In this document: positions 41,242 to 53,035 of the stretch, piece after piece | Layout: the number at the start of each line of letters is the position of its first letter | Numbering within the stretch: the first letter of the stretch is position 1 | Assembly: GCA_963729605.1 (NCBI GenBank) | Contig: CAVSNY010000004.1 | Span: 64,001 to 128,000, forward strand | Source of the DNA: an uncultured Gammaproteobacteria bacterium | Lineage (GTDB): Bacteria > Pseudomonadota > Gammaproteobacteria > DRLM01 | DNA: 64,000 bases | Direction of reading: 5' to 3' | Position numbers and translations under genes: made by a program | The notes under the pieces: model-generated | Told to the model about the DNA's origin: nothing | What the model saw: the letters and a program-made list of their open reading frames with translations, nothing else | Databases searched by the model: none

Positions 41242-42957
41242 CTACAACGCGTTTTGCAATTTCGCCTTGAGGAAATCCACCACGCCGTCGAGCGGGACCA
41301 TTTGACTGTCCGCGTCGCGGCGGCCTTTGTATTCGATTTCACCGGCGTCGAGGCCGCGGTCGCCCAGAACCAGGCGATGCGGGATGCCGATCAAATCCAT
41401 GTCGGCGAACAGGATGCCGGCGCGTTCTTTGCGATCGTCGAACAGGACGTCGATACCGGCTTGACGCAACTGTTGATACAGCGTCTCCGCCGCGGTCTGC
41501 TGGCGGGTGGATTTGTGCATGCTGATCGGAATGATCACCGCCTGGAAGGGCGCGATGGCGGCGGGCCAGATGATGCCGTTGGCGTCGTAATTCTGCTCGA
41601 TGGCCGCGGCCACCACGCGCGATACGCCGATGCCATAACAACCCATGGTCATCACCACGGCGCGGCCGGTCTCGTCGAGGCAGGTGGCGTTCATTGCCTG
41701 GCTGTATTTGGTGCCGAGCTGGAAGATGTGGCCGACTTCGATGCCGCGTTTGATGGCGAGCGTGCCCTGGCCGTCGGGGCTGGGATCGCCTTCCACCACG
41801 TTGCGGAGATCGGCGATCTCGGGTTCCGGCAGATCGCGGCCCCAGTTGACGCCGGTGAGGTGCCGGTTGTTTTGGTTGGCGCCGCAGACGAAGTCGGCGA
41901 GTTGCGCCGCGGCGCGGTCGGCGATGACGGTCGCCTTCAATCCCCGCGGGCCGAGCGAGCCCGCGTCGCAGCCGGCGGCGTCACGGATTTGTTCGGCGCC
42001 GGCGAAGGTCAGCGGCACCGCCACCTGCGGCAGTTTCTCGGCCTTGATGGCGTTGAGTTCGTGGTCACCGCGCAATACCAGGGCCACCACGCCGCCGTCG
42101 CGGCCTTGCACCAAGAGCGTTTTGACGCAGGCCCGCGCCGGTATCTTCAAGAAGGCGCTGAGGTCGGCGATGCTGTGTTGGCCCGGTGTCTCGACGAGGG
42201 TGAGCGTTTGGGCCGGCGCGGCGCGCCGTTCCGCCGGGGCGAGCGCCTCGGCCAGTTCGACGTTGGCGGCGTAGTCGCTGGCGGTGGAGAAGGCGATGGC
42301 GTCTTCGCCTGAATTGGCGAGCACGTGGAATTCATGCGAGCCGCTGCCGCCGATGTTGCCGGTGTCGGCGCGCACGGCGCGGAATTGCAGACCGAGCCGG
42401 GTGAAGATGCGGGTGTAGGCCGCGTGCATCGCGTCATAAGTGTCTTGCAACGATTCTTGATTGATGTGAAAAGAGTAAGCATCTTTCATCAGGAATTCGC
42501 GGGCGCGCATCACGCCGAAGCGCGGGCGGGTCTCGTCGCGGAATTTGGTTTGGATCTGATAGAAGTTGGCGGGCAGTTGTTTGTAGCTGCGGATCTCGCG
42601 GCGGACCATGTCGGTGATGACTTCTTCATGGGTCGGGCCGAAACAGAAGTCGCGTTGATGGCGGTCTTTGATGCGCAGCAGTTCGCCGCCGTATTGTTCC
42701 CAGCGCCCCGATTCCTGCCACAGCTCCGCCGGCTGCACCGCGGGCATCAACACCTCCTGCGCGCCGGCCGCGTTCATCTCCTCGCGCACGATCGCCTCCA
42801 CCTTGCGCAGCACCCGCAGGCCCAGCGGCAGCCAGGTGTAAAGGCCGGCGGCGAGTTTGCGGATCATGCCGGCCCGCAGCATGAGCTGGTGGCTGATGAC
42901 TTCCGCGTCGGCGGGGGTTTCCTTGACGGTGGCTAATAGCAGTTGTGATGCGCGCAT
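41242..42957 (-). CDS. proS: Proline--tRNA ligase
   Basis: [45 protein letters not shown] editing domain, EVGHIFQLG and [10 protein letters not shown]. Confidence 0.98.
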   Translation of the reverse strand: MRASQLLLATVKETPADAEVISHQLMLRAGMIRKLAAGLYTWLPLGLRVLRKVEAIVREEMNAAGAQEVLMPAVQPAELWQESGRWEQYGGELLRIKDRHQRDFCFGPTHEEVITDMVRREIRSYKQLPANFYQIQTKFRDETRPRFGVMRAREFLMKDAYSFHINQESLQDTYDAMHAAYTRIFTRLGLQFRAVRADTGNIGGSGSHEFHVLANSGEDAIAFSTASDYAANVELAEALAPAERRAAPAQTLTLVETPGQHSIADLSAFLKIPARACVKTLLVQGRDGGVVALVLRGDHELNAIKAEKLPQVAVPLTFAGAEQIRDAAGCDAGSLGPRGLKATVIADRAAAQLADFVCGANQNNRHLTGVNWGRDLPEPEIADLRNVVEGDPSPDGQGTLAIKRGIEVGHIFQLGTKYSQAMNATCLDETGRAVVMTMGCYGIGVSRVVAAAIEQNYDANGIIWPAAIAPFQAVIIPISMHKSTRQQTAAETLYQQLRQAGIDVLFDDRKERAGILFADMDLIGIPHRLVLGDRGLDAGEIEYKGRRDADSQMVPLDGVVDFLKAKLQNAL

Positions 42958-43124
42958 GTCCGCTCTCTGTGAATTCGGTAGGAAAGGCGGGCATTCTAGC
43001 CCGCCGCCGGGGCGGAGGTGAACCCTTGTTTGATGATCTCGATGCCGCGGTGGATGCGGTCGTGGATTTTGCAAAGGAGCGGTGGCGCCTTCGGCGGTAG
43101 TCGCCGAGCGAAATGCCGGCGAGA

Positions 43125-43994
43125 TTAGTCGGGCTTTCGCGCGCTGAAGCGCAGGGAGAGATCGACGGCCCGCAGGTCTTTGGTAATCGCGCCCACCGAA
43201 ATGAAATCCACGCCGGTTTCGGCGACCGCGCGGATGTTGTTCAAATTGATGCCGCCCGAGGCCTCCAGTTTGGCGCGGCCGGCATTGAGGTGTACCGCGC
43301 GGGCCAGTTCCTCCAGCGGGAAATTGTCGAGCAGTATCCGCGTAACGCTCACTTCCAAGGCTTGCCGCAGTTCGTCGAGATTTTCCACTTCCACTTCCAG
43401 CGGTTTACCGGGAGAGAGGCGGCGGGCGGCACTCACCGCCTGGGCGATGGAGCCGGCGGCGGCGATGTGGTTTTCCTTGATCAGCAGCGCGTCGTAGAGG
43501 CCCATGCGATGATTGTGGCCGCCGCCGCAGCGCACCGCGTATTTCTGCGCGGCACGCAGGCCGGGCAGGGTTTTGCGGGTGTCCAGGATGCGCGTCCGAG
43601 TACCGCGCACCGCGTCGGCGTAGCGCCGGGCATGGCTGGCGGTCCCCGACAGGGTTTGCAGAAAATTGAGGGCGGTGCGCTCGCCGGTCAGCAAGGCCCG
43701 CGCCGGGCCGTGTATGTCGCACAGGGCTTGGTTCGGACTCACGTCCTCGCCGTCATGGGCGTGCCACTCGATTTTTATGCGGGGCTCGATTTGCCGGAAT
43801 ACCTCGTCGAACCAGGCCGTGCCGCATAAGACGGCCTCTTCGCGGCAGATGACCGTGGCCTCGGCCGGTGTGGAGTCGGGGATGAGTGCGGCGGTGAGGT
43901 CGCCGACGCCCACGTCTTCCGTGAGGGCGCGGTTGACCGTGGCGCCGATGTCGGCGGCGGGTGGAAGCGACGGCGCATTGTCGAGGTGGTTCAT
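43125..43994 (-). CDS. nadC: Carboxylating nicotinate-nucleotide diphosphorylase
   Basis: [48 protein letters not shown] and EASGG motifs. Confidence 0.97.
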   Translation of the reverse strand: MNHLDNAPSLPPAADIGATVNRALTEDVGVGDLTAALIPDSTPAEATVICREEAVLCGTAWFDEVFRQIEPRIKIEWHAHDGEDVSPNQALCDIHGPARALLTGERTALNFLQTLSGTASHARRYADAVRGTRTRILDTRKTLPGLRAAQKYAVRCGGGHNHRMGLYDALLIKENHIAAAGSIAQAVSAARRLSPGKPLEVEVENLDELRQALEVSVTRILLDNFPLEELARAVHLNAGRAKLEASGGINLNNIRAVAETGVDFISVGAITKDLRAVDLSLRFSARKPD

Positions 43995-44059
43995 GGGCGG
44001 GAACAGATGGTTGCCGAAAGGCGCAGTGTAGGGAAGGGCGGCGGGAAATAAAAGCGTGT

Positions 44060-44092
44060 AAACGACGACGCGCCCTGAAGGGCGCGTCGTCG
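44060..44092 (-). terminator. Rho-independent terminator of the CSLREA-domain gene
   Basis: CGACGACGCGCCCT-GA-AGGGCGCGTCGTCG perfect stem; short T run on the minus strand. Confidence 0.7.
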
Positions 44093-44114
44093 CCGTTTTA
44101 TCGGTTCGATTTGT

Positions 44115-46328
44115 TTAACGTCGTTGCGCGAAACGGCGCAGGAGGGGGATCAGCAACAAGCAAGCGAACATACCGTCCGTCACGCCGCCGCCGCCCTTGC
44201 CCGCGAAGTTGTTGCCGCCATCGGATCCACCCACCGCCGTAGGGCTGACCACCGGTACGGTGGCGGGCGTGGCATTGCCGCTGTCGGGGCGGAAGTTGTC
44301 GAATTGATCGGACGTGACGTCCACTTCCAGGATCAATTCACCCGCCTGGGTGGGGATCACTACCACATAGGCTTGGGCGTTGGCATAGGCGTTGATGGTG
44401 CCCATGTTGCATTGGAAGGTGGTCTCCGACGTGACGGTACAGCTGCCGCCGGGATTGTTGGTGGAGATGCTGCCTTGTTGCAGGCGTCCCCACGACGGGA
44501 GTTTGCCCGTGAGGATCACGTTGGTGGCCTGATCGGGCCCTTTGTTGGTCACCGTGGCGGTGAAGGTGACCTGCGCGCTGCCGCCGGAGGTGGCGATGTT
44601 GGGTTCGACCACGACCTTTAGATCCACCAATTGGAAGTTCCGATCGGAGTTGCTGATTTCGTAGGCGCCGATGTCGCAGAGGTTGTCGCGTAATTTGCTG
44701 CGTTGATCGATGACCGGGCAATTGACAGCGTCACCTTTATCGTGGGCGGCACTGCCGTTGAGGATGGCGTAGGTGGGAGTGGTGCCGCCGTTGTTGGTGA
44801 AGCCGGTACTGAAAAACGGCGTACCGGCGAGGTTCGATGTATCGGTGCTTTGGTTGAAACCGCAGCTGGCGCCGGTATCGATGTTATGACCCTTTGAAGT
44901 AATCAAAGTCACTTCACCGCCGCAGGCGGCCGCCCCGCTGCTATTGCCGATAATGGAATTGACGACGTTGGTCTTTACCAAGCTGCTGTCGGTGATACAG
45001 GACGGATTCTGGTCGGTCTTGGTGCCGCAGGCGAAGATTTCGCTGCCGGGCCGGTTGGCGCTGGTGTTATTGTAAATCGTCGAATTGGTGATATCGGCGG
45101 CGCGATGGTTATAAACACCGCCGCCTTCGATCGCGGCGGTATTGTTGGTGACGGTGGTGTTGATCAACGACAAGGCGCCCTGGCCGCTGTTGTAAATGCC
45201 GCCACCTTGATTGGAGGCGGTGTTGTTATAAACCGCGCTGTGGGACAGGTCCATGGACGCGAAGTTGGCGACGCCGCCGCCGGTAAAACCGGCGGTGTTG
45301 GTATGGACGCTGGTGCGGCCGATGATCATGCCGCCGCCGGCGTTCTCGATACCGCCGCCCGCGGTGGCGGCGCTGTTGTTGTTGATCGTGGACAGTTCCA
45401 AGTTGACGAGACCGAATAGATTACGGATGCCACCGCCTATGGTGGCGCTGTTGCTGCTGAAGGTGGTGTTGATGAGGGTGGCCTTGGCGGCGTTGATGGA
45501 TAAACCCGTGCCGCCGGTGTTTTGCAGGCCGCCGCCGCCGGCGCCCTGGCCCGCGGCGTTATTGCCGCTGATGGTGCTGTTTTCAATGCGCAGGGTGGCC
45601 TCGTTGTAGATGCCGCCGCCGCCGATGCCTTGGCTGCGGGTCTGCGCGACGTTGTTACGCACGATAGAATCGGTGAGGGTGAGACGGCCGCTATTGAAGA
45701 TGCCACCGCCGGTGCCGGCGTTGTTCAGGCCGCCTGGATTGTCCGCGGTGTTGTCGCTGACGATGACGTCGTTCAGGGTGACCGTGCCGTTGACGTTGTA
45801 GATGCCGCCGCCCACGGAATTGTTGATGCGGCCGTTTTTGATGGTGACACCGGAGATGTTGACGGTGGCGCCGCCCAGGATGTGAAAGACCCGGTCGATG
45901 GCGTTACCATTGATAATGGTGGTGGCCCGGTCCGCGCCGATAATGGTGAGGTCTGTGGTAATGTCCAGGTCGCCGGTGGCGGACAGGTCTTCGCCAGTGC
46001 CTGGGTTCGTGTTTTGGATGGTCAACAGGTATTCGCCCGCGGGGAGTTCAATGATATTGCTGAAGCCGTTGGCGTTGGCCTGTTGAATGGCGGCCCGCAG
46101 GGTGCATACCCCACCCCCCGACGGGGAGGGCTGGCAAGAAACATTGTTGCTAGTGTCGTCATTGAATGCGTTGACTGTGTAGGTTGCGGCGTAAGCCGAT
46201 GTCCCTGCGGACAAACCGATGAGCAGGACGCTCAATTTGCACAAACGCGGGAGAAGGCTCAAGCAATCGGTAGCGAGCGCGCGTAAGCCGTTGGTTATGG
46301 TCATGGTCATTGTCTCTACCTGCGGCAT
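44115..46328 (-). CDS. Surface protein: CSLREA domain, polymorphic-repeat beta-helix, choice-of-anchor-Q-like region, DUF11-like Ig domain, GlyGly-CTERM anchor
   Basis: Signal peptide; CTLRAAIQQAN; GDLDIT; many GGGIYN / N(S/T)A repeats; NNGGTTPT...DQR...CDIGAYE; VTNKGPDQATNV; C-terminal GKGGGG + hydrophobic helix + RRFAQRR. Confidence 0.88.
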   Translation of the reverse strand: MPQVETMTMTITNGLRALATDCLSLLPRLCKLSVLLIGLSAGTSAYAATYTVNAFNDDTSNNVSCQPSPSGGGVCTLRAAIQQANANGFSNIIELPAGEYLLTIQNTNPGTGEDLSATGDLDITTDLTIIGADRATTIINGNAIDRVFHILGGATVNISGVTIKNGRINNSVGGGIYNVNGTVTLNDVIVSDNTADNPGGLNNAGTGGGIFNSGRLTLTDSIVRNNVAQTRSQGIGGGGIYNEATLRIENSTISGNNAAGQGAGGGGLQNTGGTGLSINAAKATLINTTFSSNSATIGGGIRNLFGLVNLELSTINNNSAATAGGGIENAGGGMIIGRTSVHTNTAGFTGGGVANFASMDLSHSAVYNNTASNQGGGIYNSGQGALSLINTTVTNNTAAIEGGGVYNHRAADITNSTIYNNTSANRPGSEIFACGTKTDQNPSCITDSSLVKTNVVNSIIGNSSGAAACGGEVTLITSKGHNIDTGASCGFNQSTDTSNLAGTPFFSTGFTNNGGTTPTYAILNGSAAHDKGDAVNCPVIDQRSKLRDNLCDIGAYEISNSDRNFQLVDLKVVVEPNIATSGGSAQVTFTATVTNKGPDQATNVILTGKLPSWGRLQQGSISTNNPGGSCTVTSETTFQCNMGTINAYANAQAYVVVIPTQAGELILEVDVTSDQFDNFRPDSGNATPATVPVVSPTAVGGSDGGNNFAGKGGGGVTDGMFACLLLIPLLRRFAQRR

Positions 46329-46587
46329 GGTAATTTGTATAACGGCGTGATGCCGGTATTTCTTTACCGTAGAATGATCCTGATACAGTCCCCCTAAACA
46401 GAATAACTTTTTGATTAAGTAGTCGATTCTGTTGTGGGCCGGGGTGATGGGCTGGTGTATGGGATTTGGAGTTGCTCCCGCCCCGGCGTTTCCGTTAGAC
46501 GAAATTTAATGCTTTGTATACTAGCACAGGCTCAATTTTAACTTCCAGGTTTAAGCGATTTGGACAAGGTGAAGGAAACGAAGGCGC

Positions 46588-49398
46588 ATGAGCGGGACGG
46601 GGATGGCGGCAGGGAGTATTCAGCAAGACGAACGTCTCCTTGAAATTATTAATAATTTAGTTAAAGAACTACGCGGTGCGAATGGCGCGCGCGCCCACCT
46701 GGACAGCGCTTTCGACCGCGATTTGGGGCTGGACAGCCTGGCCCGCGTGGAACTGGTGCTGCGCGTCGAACGGGCCTTCGCCGTACGCCTGCCGGAGTCG
46801 GCTTTGGGCGAGGCGGAAACGGCGCGCGCCCTGCTGGCGGTCATCGCGGCGGCGGGTGGCGGGGTGGCTGTCGAGCGCGCGGCCGACTTTATCGCTACCA
46901 GTGACGGGCCCGGCCGGGGTGCGCCGGTCCAGGCCGCCACCCTGGTCGAGGTACTGGAGTGGCATGTGGCCGCCGAGCCCGACCGGGTTCATATCTATCT
47001 TTATTCCGGCGACGACCCCCCCACCCCGCTGACCTACCGGGACTTGTATAACGAGGCGCAACGGGTGGCGGCGGGTTTGCGCGGCCGCGGCGTGGCGCCG
47101 GGACAGGCGGTGGCGCTGATGCTGCCGACCGGTCGGGATTTCCTGGTGAGTTTTTTCGGCATCCTGCTGGCCGGGGCGGTGCCCGCGCCGCTTTATCCGC
47201 CGGTGCGGCGTGCCGCCGCGGAAGAGCATCTGCGCAGGCAGGCGGTCATCCTCAATAATTGCCTGGCGCCGCTGTTGATCACCCTACCCGAAGTCAGCGC
47301 GTTGTCCGCCGCGGTGCGGGGGCTGGCGCCGGCGTTGCAGGCGGTGCTGACGATGGACGAATTGGCCGGCGACGGACCGGCCGAGCGGCCGCGGGTGCGC
47401 GGCGCCGATCTCGCCCTGCTGCAATACACCTCGGGCAGCACCGGCGACCCGAAGGGCGTGATGCTGACCCACGACAATCTGCTGGCCAATGTCCGCGCCA
47501 TGGGGCAGGCGGCCGAGGTGCGCGGCGACGATGTGTTCGTGAGCTGGCTGCCCCTTTATCACGACATGGGTTTGATCGGGGCCTGGCTGGGCAGTCTTTA
47601 TCACGGCCTCCCCTTGGTGCTGATGTCGCCGCTGACGTTTTTGGCGCGGCCGGTGCGCTGGCTGCGCGCCATCCATCGTCATCGCGGCACCCTGTCCGCC
47701 GGACCCAACTTCGCCTATGAATTGTGCGCCGGCAAAATCACCGATGAAGAGCTGGCCGGTATCGATTTGAGCACCTGGCGGCTGGCCTTCAACGGTGCCG
47801 AACAAGTGAGCGCGGAGACCGTGCGTCGTTTCAGCGCGCGCTTCGCGCCCTACGGCTTCCGGCTGCGGACCATGGCCCCGGTCTACGGGTTGGCGGAGTC
47901 CTCGGTGGGTTTGGCCTTTCCGCCCCTCGGCCGCGAACCGGTGATCGATTACGTCGCGCGCGCCGTGCTGGCCAGCCGGGGCTGGGCCGAGCCGCAACCC
48001 GCTCAATCGGCGGATACCGCCAGTTTCGTAGCCTGCGGCCGGGCCTTGCCGGGCCACGCGCTGCGCGTTGTCGATGAGCGTGACCAGCCTTGCGAAGACC
48101 GCCGCGAGGGGCGGGTGCAATTTCGCGGGCCGTCTTCCTGCCAGGGTTATTTCCGCAATCCCGAGGCCACGGCCCGGCTGATTTATGGCGACTGGCTGGA
48201 TTCGGGCGATCGCGGTTACCTGGTCGCCGGCGAGCTGTTCATCACCGGCCGGATCAAGGACATCATCATCCGCGCCGGCCACAATATTTATCCTTACGAA
48301 TTGGAATCGGCGGTGGGCGCCCTCGCGGGCATCCGCGGGGGCGGCGTGGCGGCCTTCGCCAGCCGCGATGAACGGTTGGGCACGGACCGCTTGGTCATCC
48401 TCGCCGAGACCCGCGAGACCCGCGACCCGCAGCGCGAACAGCTGCGCGCCGCCATCACCGAGGCGGTGGTGGGCGTGATCGGCAATCCGCCCGACGAGGT
48501 GGTGCTGGCGCCGCCGCGCACCGTGCTCAAAACCTCCAGCGGCAAGGTGCGCCGCGACGCCACCCGCCGGCGTTACGAGCGGGGCGAGACGGATCATCCG
48601 CCGGCGCCGCCGTGGCGGCAGGCTTTGGGGTTGGCGAGCGCCGGACTGGGTACGTGGCTGTGGCGCGGCGCCGGTCAAGCCGCGGCCGGGCTGTTCGCGG
48701 CGTATGTATGGCTGGTATTTCTAGCGGGCGCGTGTTTGGCGGTGGCGGGCGCCGTCGCGCTGCCCACGCTGCGGGCGCGTCAAACCGCCTGCAAACAGGC
48801 CGCGCGGCTGACCGCGATTTTGGCGGGGATACGGATTACGGTAGACGGCCAAGCGCATCTTGCCGGTGACGCGCCCCGGATCGTGGTGGCCAATCACGCC
48901 AGCTACGTGGACGCGCTGATTCTGACGGCGGCCCTGCCCGTGGGGCTGCATTACGTGGCCAAGCGGGAATTGGCGGATCAACCCGTGGTCGGCTGGTGTC
49001 TGCGCCGCATCGGTTGTGAATTCGTCGAGCGCTTCGACACCCAGCAAAGCGCCGCCGCCGCGAACCGCTTGGAGGAGAAGGTGCGCGCCGGCCACTCGCT
49101 GGTGTTTTTTCCGGAAGGCACCTTCGGGACCGCGCCGGGTCTGCGGCCGTTTCGCATGGGCGCGTTCATCGCCGCGGCGCGGGCCGGGGTGGCGGTGGTG
49201 CCGGTGGCCTTGCGCGGCACCCGCGCCATCCTGCCGTCTGGTTCGTGGTGGCCGCGCCGGGGGGCGGCGGCGGTCATCGTCGGCGCTCCCTTGCGCGCGC
49301 CCGGGGAGGATTGGCGCGCCGCGGTGGATTTGCGCGACCGCGCGCGCGCGGAGATTCTCCGCGCCAGCGGCGAGCCGGAATTGATCGCGCTGAATTGA
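46588..49398 (+). CDS. Trifunctional ACP / fatty acyl-AMP ligase / PlsC-type acyltransferase fusion
   Basis: N-terminal DLGLDSLARVEL; QYTSGSTGDPKG, WLPLYHDMGLIG, KTSSGK; TM segment; NHASYVD (HX4D) and FFPEGT. Confidence 0.9.
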   Translation: MSGTGMAAGSIQQDERLLEIINNLVKELRGANGARAHLDSAFDRDLGLDSLARVELVLRVERAFAVRLPESALGEAETARALLAVIAAAGGGVAVERAADFIATSDGPGRGAPVQAATLVEVLEWHVAAEPDRVHIYLYSGDDPPTPLTYRDLYNEAQRVAAGLRGRGVAPGQAVALMLPTGRDFLVSFFGILLAGAVPAPLYPPVRRAAAEEHLRRQAVILNNCLAPLLITLPEVSALSAAVRGLAPALQAVLTMDELAGDGPAERPRVRGADLALLQYTSGSTGDPKGVMLTHDNLLANVRAMGQAAEVRGDDVFVSWLPLYHDMGLIGAWLGSLYHGLPLVLMSPLTFLARPVRWLRAIHRHRGTLSAGPNFAYELCAGKITDEELAGIDLSTWRLAFNGAEQVSAETVRRFSARFAPYGFRLRTMAPVYGLAESSVGLAFPPLGREPVIDYVARAVLASRGWAEPQPAQSADTASFVACGRALPGHALRVVDERDQPCEDRREGRVQFRGPSSCQGYFRNPEATARLIYGDWLDSGDRGYLVAGELFITGRIKDIIIRAGHNIYPYELESAVGALAGIRGGGVAAFASRDERLGTDRLVILAETRETRDPQREQLRAAITEAVVGVIGNPPDEVVLAPPRTVLKTSSGKVRRDATRRRYERGETDHPPAPPWRQALGLASAGLGTWLWRGAGQAAAGLFAAYVWLVFLAGACLAVAGAVALPTLRARQTACKQAARLTAILAGIRITVDGQAHLAGDAPRIVVANHASYVDALILTAALPVGLHYVAKRELADQPVVGWCLRRIGCEFVERFDTQQSAAAANRLEEKVRAGHSLVFFPEGTFGTAPGLRPFRMGAFIAAARAGVAVVPVALRGTRAILPSGSWWPRRGAAAVIVGAPLRAPGEDWRAAVDLRDRARAEILRASGEPELIALN

Positions 49399-49681
49399 TC
49401 GAAAAGCCAACCATAAAAGCTACGGAGGATACGGAGCAGCGGCATATCGTGTCATGGGGCGACTCGTCTCCTGGATGAGTTTCACCAGATATTCGTGCCC
49501 GTCGTTGGTGAACCGCTTTTTTAGAATTTTCTCCAAAGGGGGCGCATCGTGTCCGCCTAGGTTTCGGCGGGCCAGATCCGGGTCATCAAACCGACTATTT
49601 CCCGTTATCCTTTCCCAACTTTCCCGCCATGAATGGCGCGCGCCACCTCAAGGCGCAGGGCCATTATTCCGCGTGCCGTAT

Positions 49682-50044
49682 TCAGCCTTGCAGAATTTCC
49701 GTGTCGTCGTGGGAGTAAGCCGGTGAGGAACAACACAAGAGCCGCAGCTCCGTATCGTTAGGGTTAACAAGAGCGTGGGGCGTGCCGGGTGGAATACACA
49801 CCGTGTCCCCCGGATTCACGATGAACTCCTCATCCCCCAAGCGCATGCGGCCTTGCCCGGCGGTGAAATGATAAATCTCTTCGCTCAATCGATGACGATG
49901 GGCGAGGGTGGCGCTGCGCGCCGGCACGACGGCCTCGGCCAGGCTTTGCGCGCGGTTGCCGTGGGCTCGCGGGTGCATCAGCTCGCGAATGAGGGAACCG
50001 TCTTTGGTCACGAACGGCGTGATGGCCCGGTAAGCGGTTTTCAT
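49682..50044 (-). CDS. Cupin domain protein
   Basis: TKDGSLIRELMHP, QSLAEA, HRHRLSEEIYH, IPPGTPH and CCSSPAYSHDDT motifs. Confidence 0.88.
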   Translation of the reverse strand: MKTAYRAITPFVTKDGSLIRELMHPRAHGNRAQSLAEAVVPARSATLAHRHRLSEEIYHFTAGQGRMRLGDEEFIVNPGDTVCIPPGTPHALVNPNDTELRLLCCSSPAYSHDDTEILQG

Positions 50045-50145
50045 GAGGGGATTCCGCAGGTGTTTTGTCCGGCATTGTGGGCGCGAACGCGGATTGCGAC
50101 AAGTCGCGCGCCGCGTCGCGGGTGATTTTATCGCGCATGAGGGTG

Positions 50146-50174
50146 CTTGAAAGCGGCGATGAGCTACCCTATGT
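50146..50174 (+). promoter_or_regulatory. RpoH (sigma32)-type promoter of clpB
   Basis: CTTGAAA-N14-CCCTATGT, close to the consensus CTTGAAA..CCCCATNT, about 40 bp upstream of a heat-shock gene. Confidence 0.7.
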
Positions 50175-50211
50175 ATAGAGGGGTCATAATTGTTTGCCGA
50201 GGATCGTGTTT

Positions 50212-52797
50212 ATGCGCATGGATAAATTGACCAGCAAATTCCAAATGGCCCTGTCCGACGCCCAGAGTCTGGCGGTGGGGCGCGACCATCAATTCATCGA
50301 GCCGGTGCATTTGTTGATCGCCTTGCTCGATCAGGACGGCGGCACCGTGCGCCACTTGCTGGGTCAGGCGGACGTGAACGTCAACCAGTTGCGCTCGCAA
50401 TTGGGTGAAATCCTGGAACGTCTCCCCAAGGTGGAAGGCGCGGCCGGCGAGGTGCATCTCTCCAACGATCTCGGCCGGCTGCTCAACGTGACCGACAAGC
50501 TGGCGCAGTCCCGCAAAGACCAATACATTTCCTCGGAATTGTTCGTGCTGGCGGCCCTGGAAGACCGCGGCGCGGTAGGCGAGGCCTTGCGCAAGGCCGG
50601 CGCCAGTAAGGGCATGCTCGAACAAGGCATCGAAAAACTGCGCGGTGGCCAGAAGGTGGACGATCCCAACGCCGAGGAGCAACGCCAGGCCCTCGATAAA
50701 TACACCATCGACCTCACCGAGCGCGCCGAACAGGGCAAGCTCGACCCGGTGATCGGCCGTGACGACGAGATCCGCCGCACCATACAAGTCTTGCAGCGCC
50801 GCACCAAGAATAATCCGGTGCTGATCGGCGAGCCCGGCGTGGGCAAGACCGCCATCGTCGAAGGCCTCGCGCAGCGCATCATCGACGGCGAGGTGCCGGA
50901 GGGGCTCAAGGGTAAGCGGCTTCTGTCGTTGGACATGGGCTCGCTGATCGCCGGCGCCAAGTTTCGTGGCGAATTCGAGGAGCGTCTCAAGGCGGTGCTC
51001 AATGATCTGAAAAAACAAGAAGGCCAGATCATCCTGTTCATCGACGAATTGCACACCATGGTGGGCGCCGGCAAGGCCGAAGGCGCGATGGATGCCGGCA
51101 ATATGCTGAAACCGGCGCTGGCGCGCGGCGAGTTGCATTGCGTGGGCGCGACCACGCTCGACGAGTTCCGCCAATACATCGAGAAGGACGCGGCGCTGGA
51201 ACGGCGTTTCCAAAAGGTGCTGGTGAACGAGCCCAGCGTCGAGGACACCATCGCGATACTGCGCGGCCTCAAGGAAAAATACGAAGTACATCACGGCGTC
51301 GAGATCACCGATCCGGCCATCGTCGCCGCGGCGACGCTGTCGCACCGCTACATCACCGACCGTAATCTGCCCGACAAGGCCATCGACCTCATCGACGAGG
51401 CCGCCTCGCGCATCCGTATCGAAATCGATTCCAAGCCCGAGGTGATGGACAAACTCGACCGGCGCTTGATCCAGCTCAAGATCGAGCGCGAGGCGCTCAA
51501 GAAGGAGCACGACGAGGCCTCGCGCAAGCGGCTCGATATCTTGCAGGGCGAAATTAGCAAATTGGAGCGCGAATATTCCGACCTCGAAGAGGTGTGGAAG
51601 GCGGAGAAGGCGACACTGCACGGCGCGCAGCACATCAAGGAAGAGCTGGATCAAGTGCGTCAGGAGTTCGAGACCGCGCGCCGCGCCGGCGACCTCGTCC
51701 GCATGTCCGAACTGCAATACGGCCGCATTCCCGAGCTGGAAAAAAAGCTGGCGCAAGCCGGTAAGACCGAATCCCATGAACTCACATTGCTGCGCAACAA
51801 AGTGGGCGATGAAGAAATCGCCGAGGTCGTTTCCAAATGGACCGGCATTCCGGTTTCGAAGATGTTGGAAGGCGAGCGCGAAAAACTGCTGCACATGGAA
51901 GAGGCGCTGCAACAGCGGGTGGTGGGACAGGCCGAGGCGGTGAAGGCGGTGGCCGACGCCATCCGTCGCGCGCGGTCGGGCTTGTCCGATCCCAATCGCC
52001 CCAACGGTTCGTTTTTATTTCTGGGTCCCACCGGCGTCGGCAAGACCGAACTCACCAAGGCGCTGGCGTCGTTTTTGTTCGACACCGACGAGGCGATGGT
52101 GCGCATCGACATGTCGGAGTTCATGGAAAAACATTCGGTGGCGCGGCTGATCGGCGCGCCGCCCGGTTACGTCGGGTATGAAGAGGGCGGTTATCTCACC
52201 GAGGCGGTGCGGCGCAAACCTTATTCGGTGATCCTGCTCGACGAGGTGGAGAAGGCCCATCCCGAGGTGTTCAATGTCTTGTTGCAGGTGCTGGACGACG
52301 GGCGCCTTACCGACGGCCAGGGCCGCACCGTGGATTTCCGCAACACGGTGATCGTGATGACCTCCAATCTCGGTTCGCAATTGATCCAGGAGTTGAGCGG
52401 CGAGGAAAATTACGCGGAGATGAAGGACGCGGTGATGGAGATCGTCGCCAAACATTTTCGTCCCGAGTTCGTCAATCGCATCGACGAGGTGGTGGTGTTC
52501 CACCCCCTCGGCCGCGAACACATCCGCTCGATCAGCGACATTCAACTGAGTTATCTGCGCAAGCGGCTGCGGGAGCGCGACATGGATTTGCTGTTGAGCG
52601 ACGCGGCGAAAGATAAATTGGGCGAGGCCGGTTTCGATCCCGTGTACGGCGCGCGGCCCTTGAAGCGGGCGATTCAACAGCTGGTGGAAAATCCGCTGGC
52701 GCAGGCGATTCTGGCGGGTCAGTTCGTCCCCGGCGACATGATCCGGGTGGATGTCGCCGGCGATCGTTTGCAATTCAGCCGGGAAAAACGCGAGTAG
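50212..52797 (+). CDS. clpB: ATP-dependent chaperone ClpB
   Basis: [19 protein letters not shown], coiled-coil M domain, [24 protein letters not shown] and YGARPLKR. Confidence 0.98.
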   Translation: MRMDKLTSKFQMALSDAQSLAVGRDHQFIEPVHLLIALLDQDGGTVRHLLGQADVNVNQLRSQLGEILERLPKVEGAAGEVHLSNDLGRLLNVTDKLAQSRKDQYISSELFVLAALEDRGAVGEALRKAGASKGMLEQGIEKLRGGQKVDDPNAEEQRQALDKYTIDLTERAEQGKLDPVIGRDDEIRRTIQVLQRRTKNNPVLIGEPGVGKTAIVEGLAQRIIDGEVPEGLKGKRLLSLDMGSLIAGAKFRGEFEERLKAVLNDLKKQEGQIILFIDELHTMVGAGKAEGAMDAGNMLKPALARGELHCVGATTLDEFRQYIEKDAALERRFQKVLVNEPSVEDTIAILRGLKEKYEVHHGVEITDPAIVAAATLSHRYITDRNLPDKAIDLIDEAASRIRIEIDSKPEVMDKLDRRLIQLKIEREALKKEHDEASRKRLDILQGEISKLEREYSDLEEVWKAEKATLHGAQHIKEELDQVRQEFETARRAGDLVRMSELQYGRIPELEKKLAQAGKTESHELTLLRNKVGDEEIAEVVSKWTGIPVSKMLEGEREKLLHMEEALQQRVVGQAEAVKAVADAIRRARSGLSDPNRPNGSFLFLGPTGVGKTELTKALASFLFDTDEAMVRIDMSEFMEKHSVARLIGAPPGYVGYEEGGYLTEAVRRKPYSVILLDEVEKAHPEVFNVLLQVLDDGRLTDGQGRTVDFRNTVIVMTSNLGSQLIQELSGEENYAEMKDAVMEIVAKHFRPEFVNRIDEVVVFHPLGREHIRSISDIQLSYLRKRLRERDMDLLLSDAAKDKLGEAGFDPVYGARPLKRAIQQLVENPLAQAILAGQFVPGDMIRVDVAGDRLQFSREKRE

Positions 52798-53035
52798 TTT
52801 AATTTTAAAATTCTCCGCGCTTGCCGCCGGGACCAGGCGATGGCGGATGCTCAAGGAGGAGAGGGCGTAGTCGGGGGCGCGCGATTCTTTTCTTTGAGCA
52901 AGCGGGGTTTCATTTCCCGTGCGAGGTTAGACCAATTTAATACCAACATTTCCCTCCCCCACGGCATGTGCGTCTTCCCCTCAAGACCGCATGCCGTTTT
53001 TTTTGAGACGTGATCGCCGACGCCCTGCCGGATTG

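Noticed and set aside
50164-51912. Long antisense ORFs (also 9153..10595, 15180..16568, 32415..34259, 37615..39351, 47284..48678)
   Set aside because: These are shadow frames opposite well-supported genes in high-GC DNA, with no recognisable motifs.
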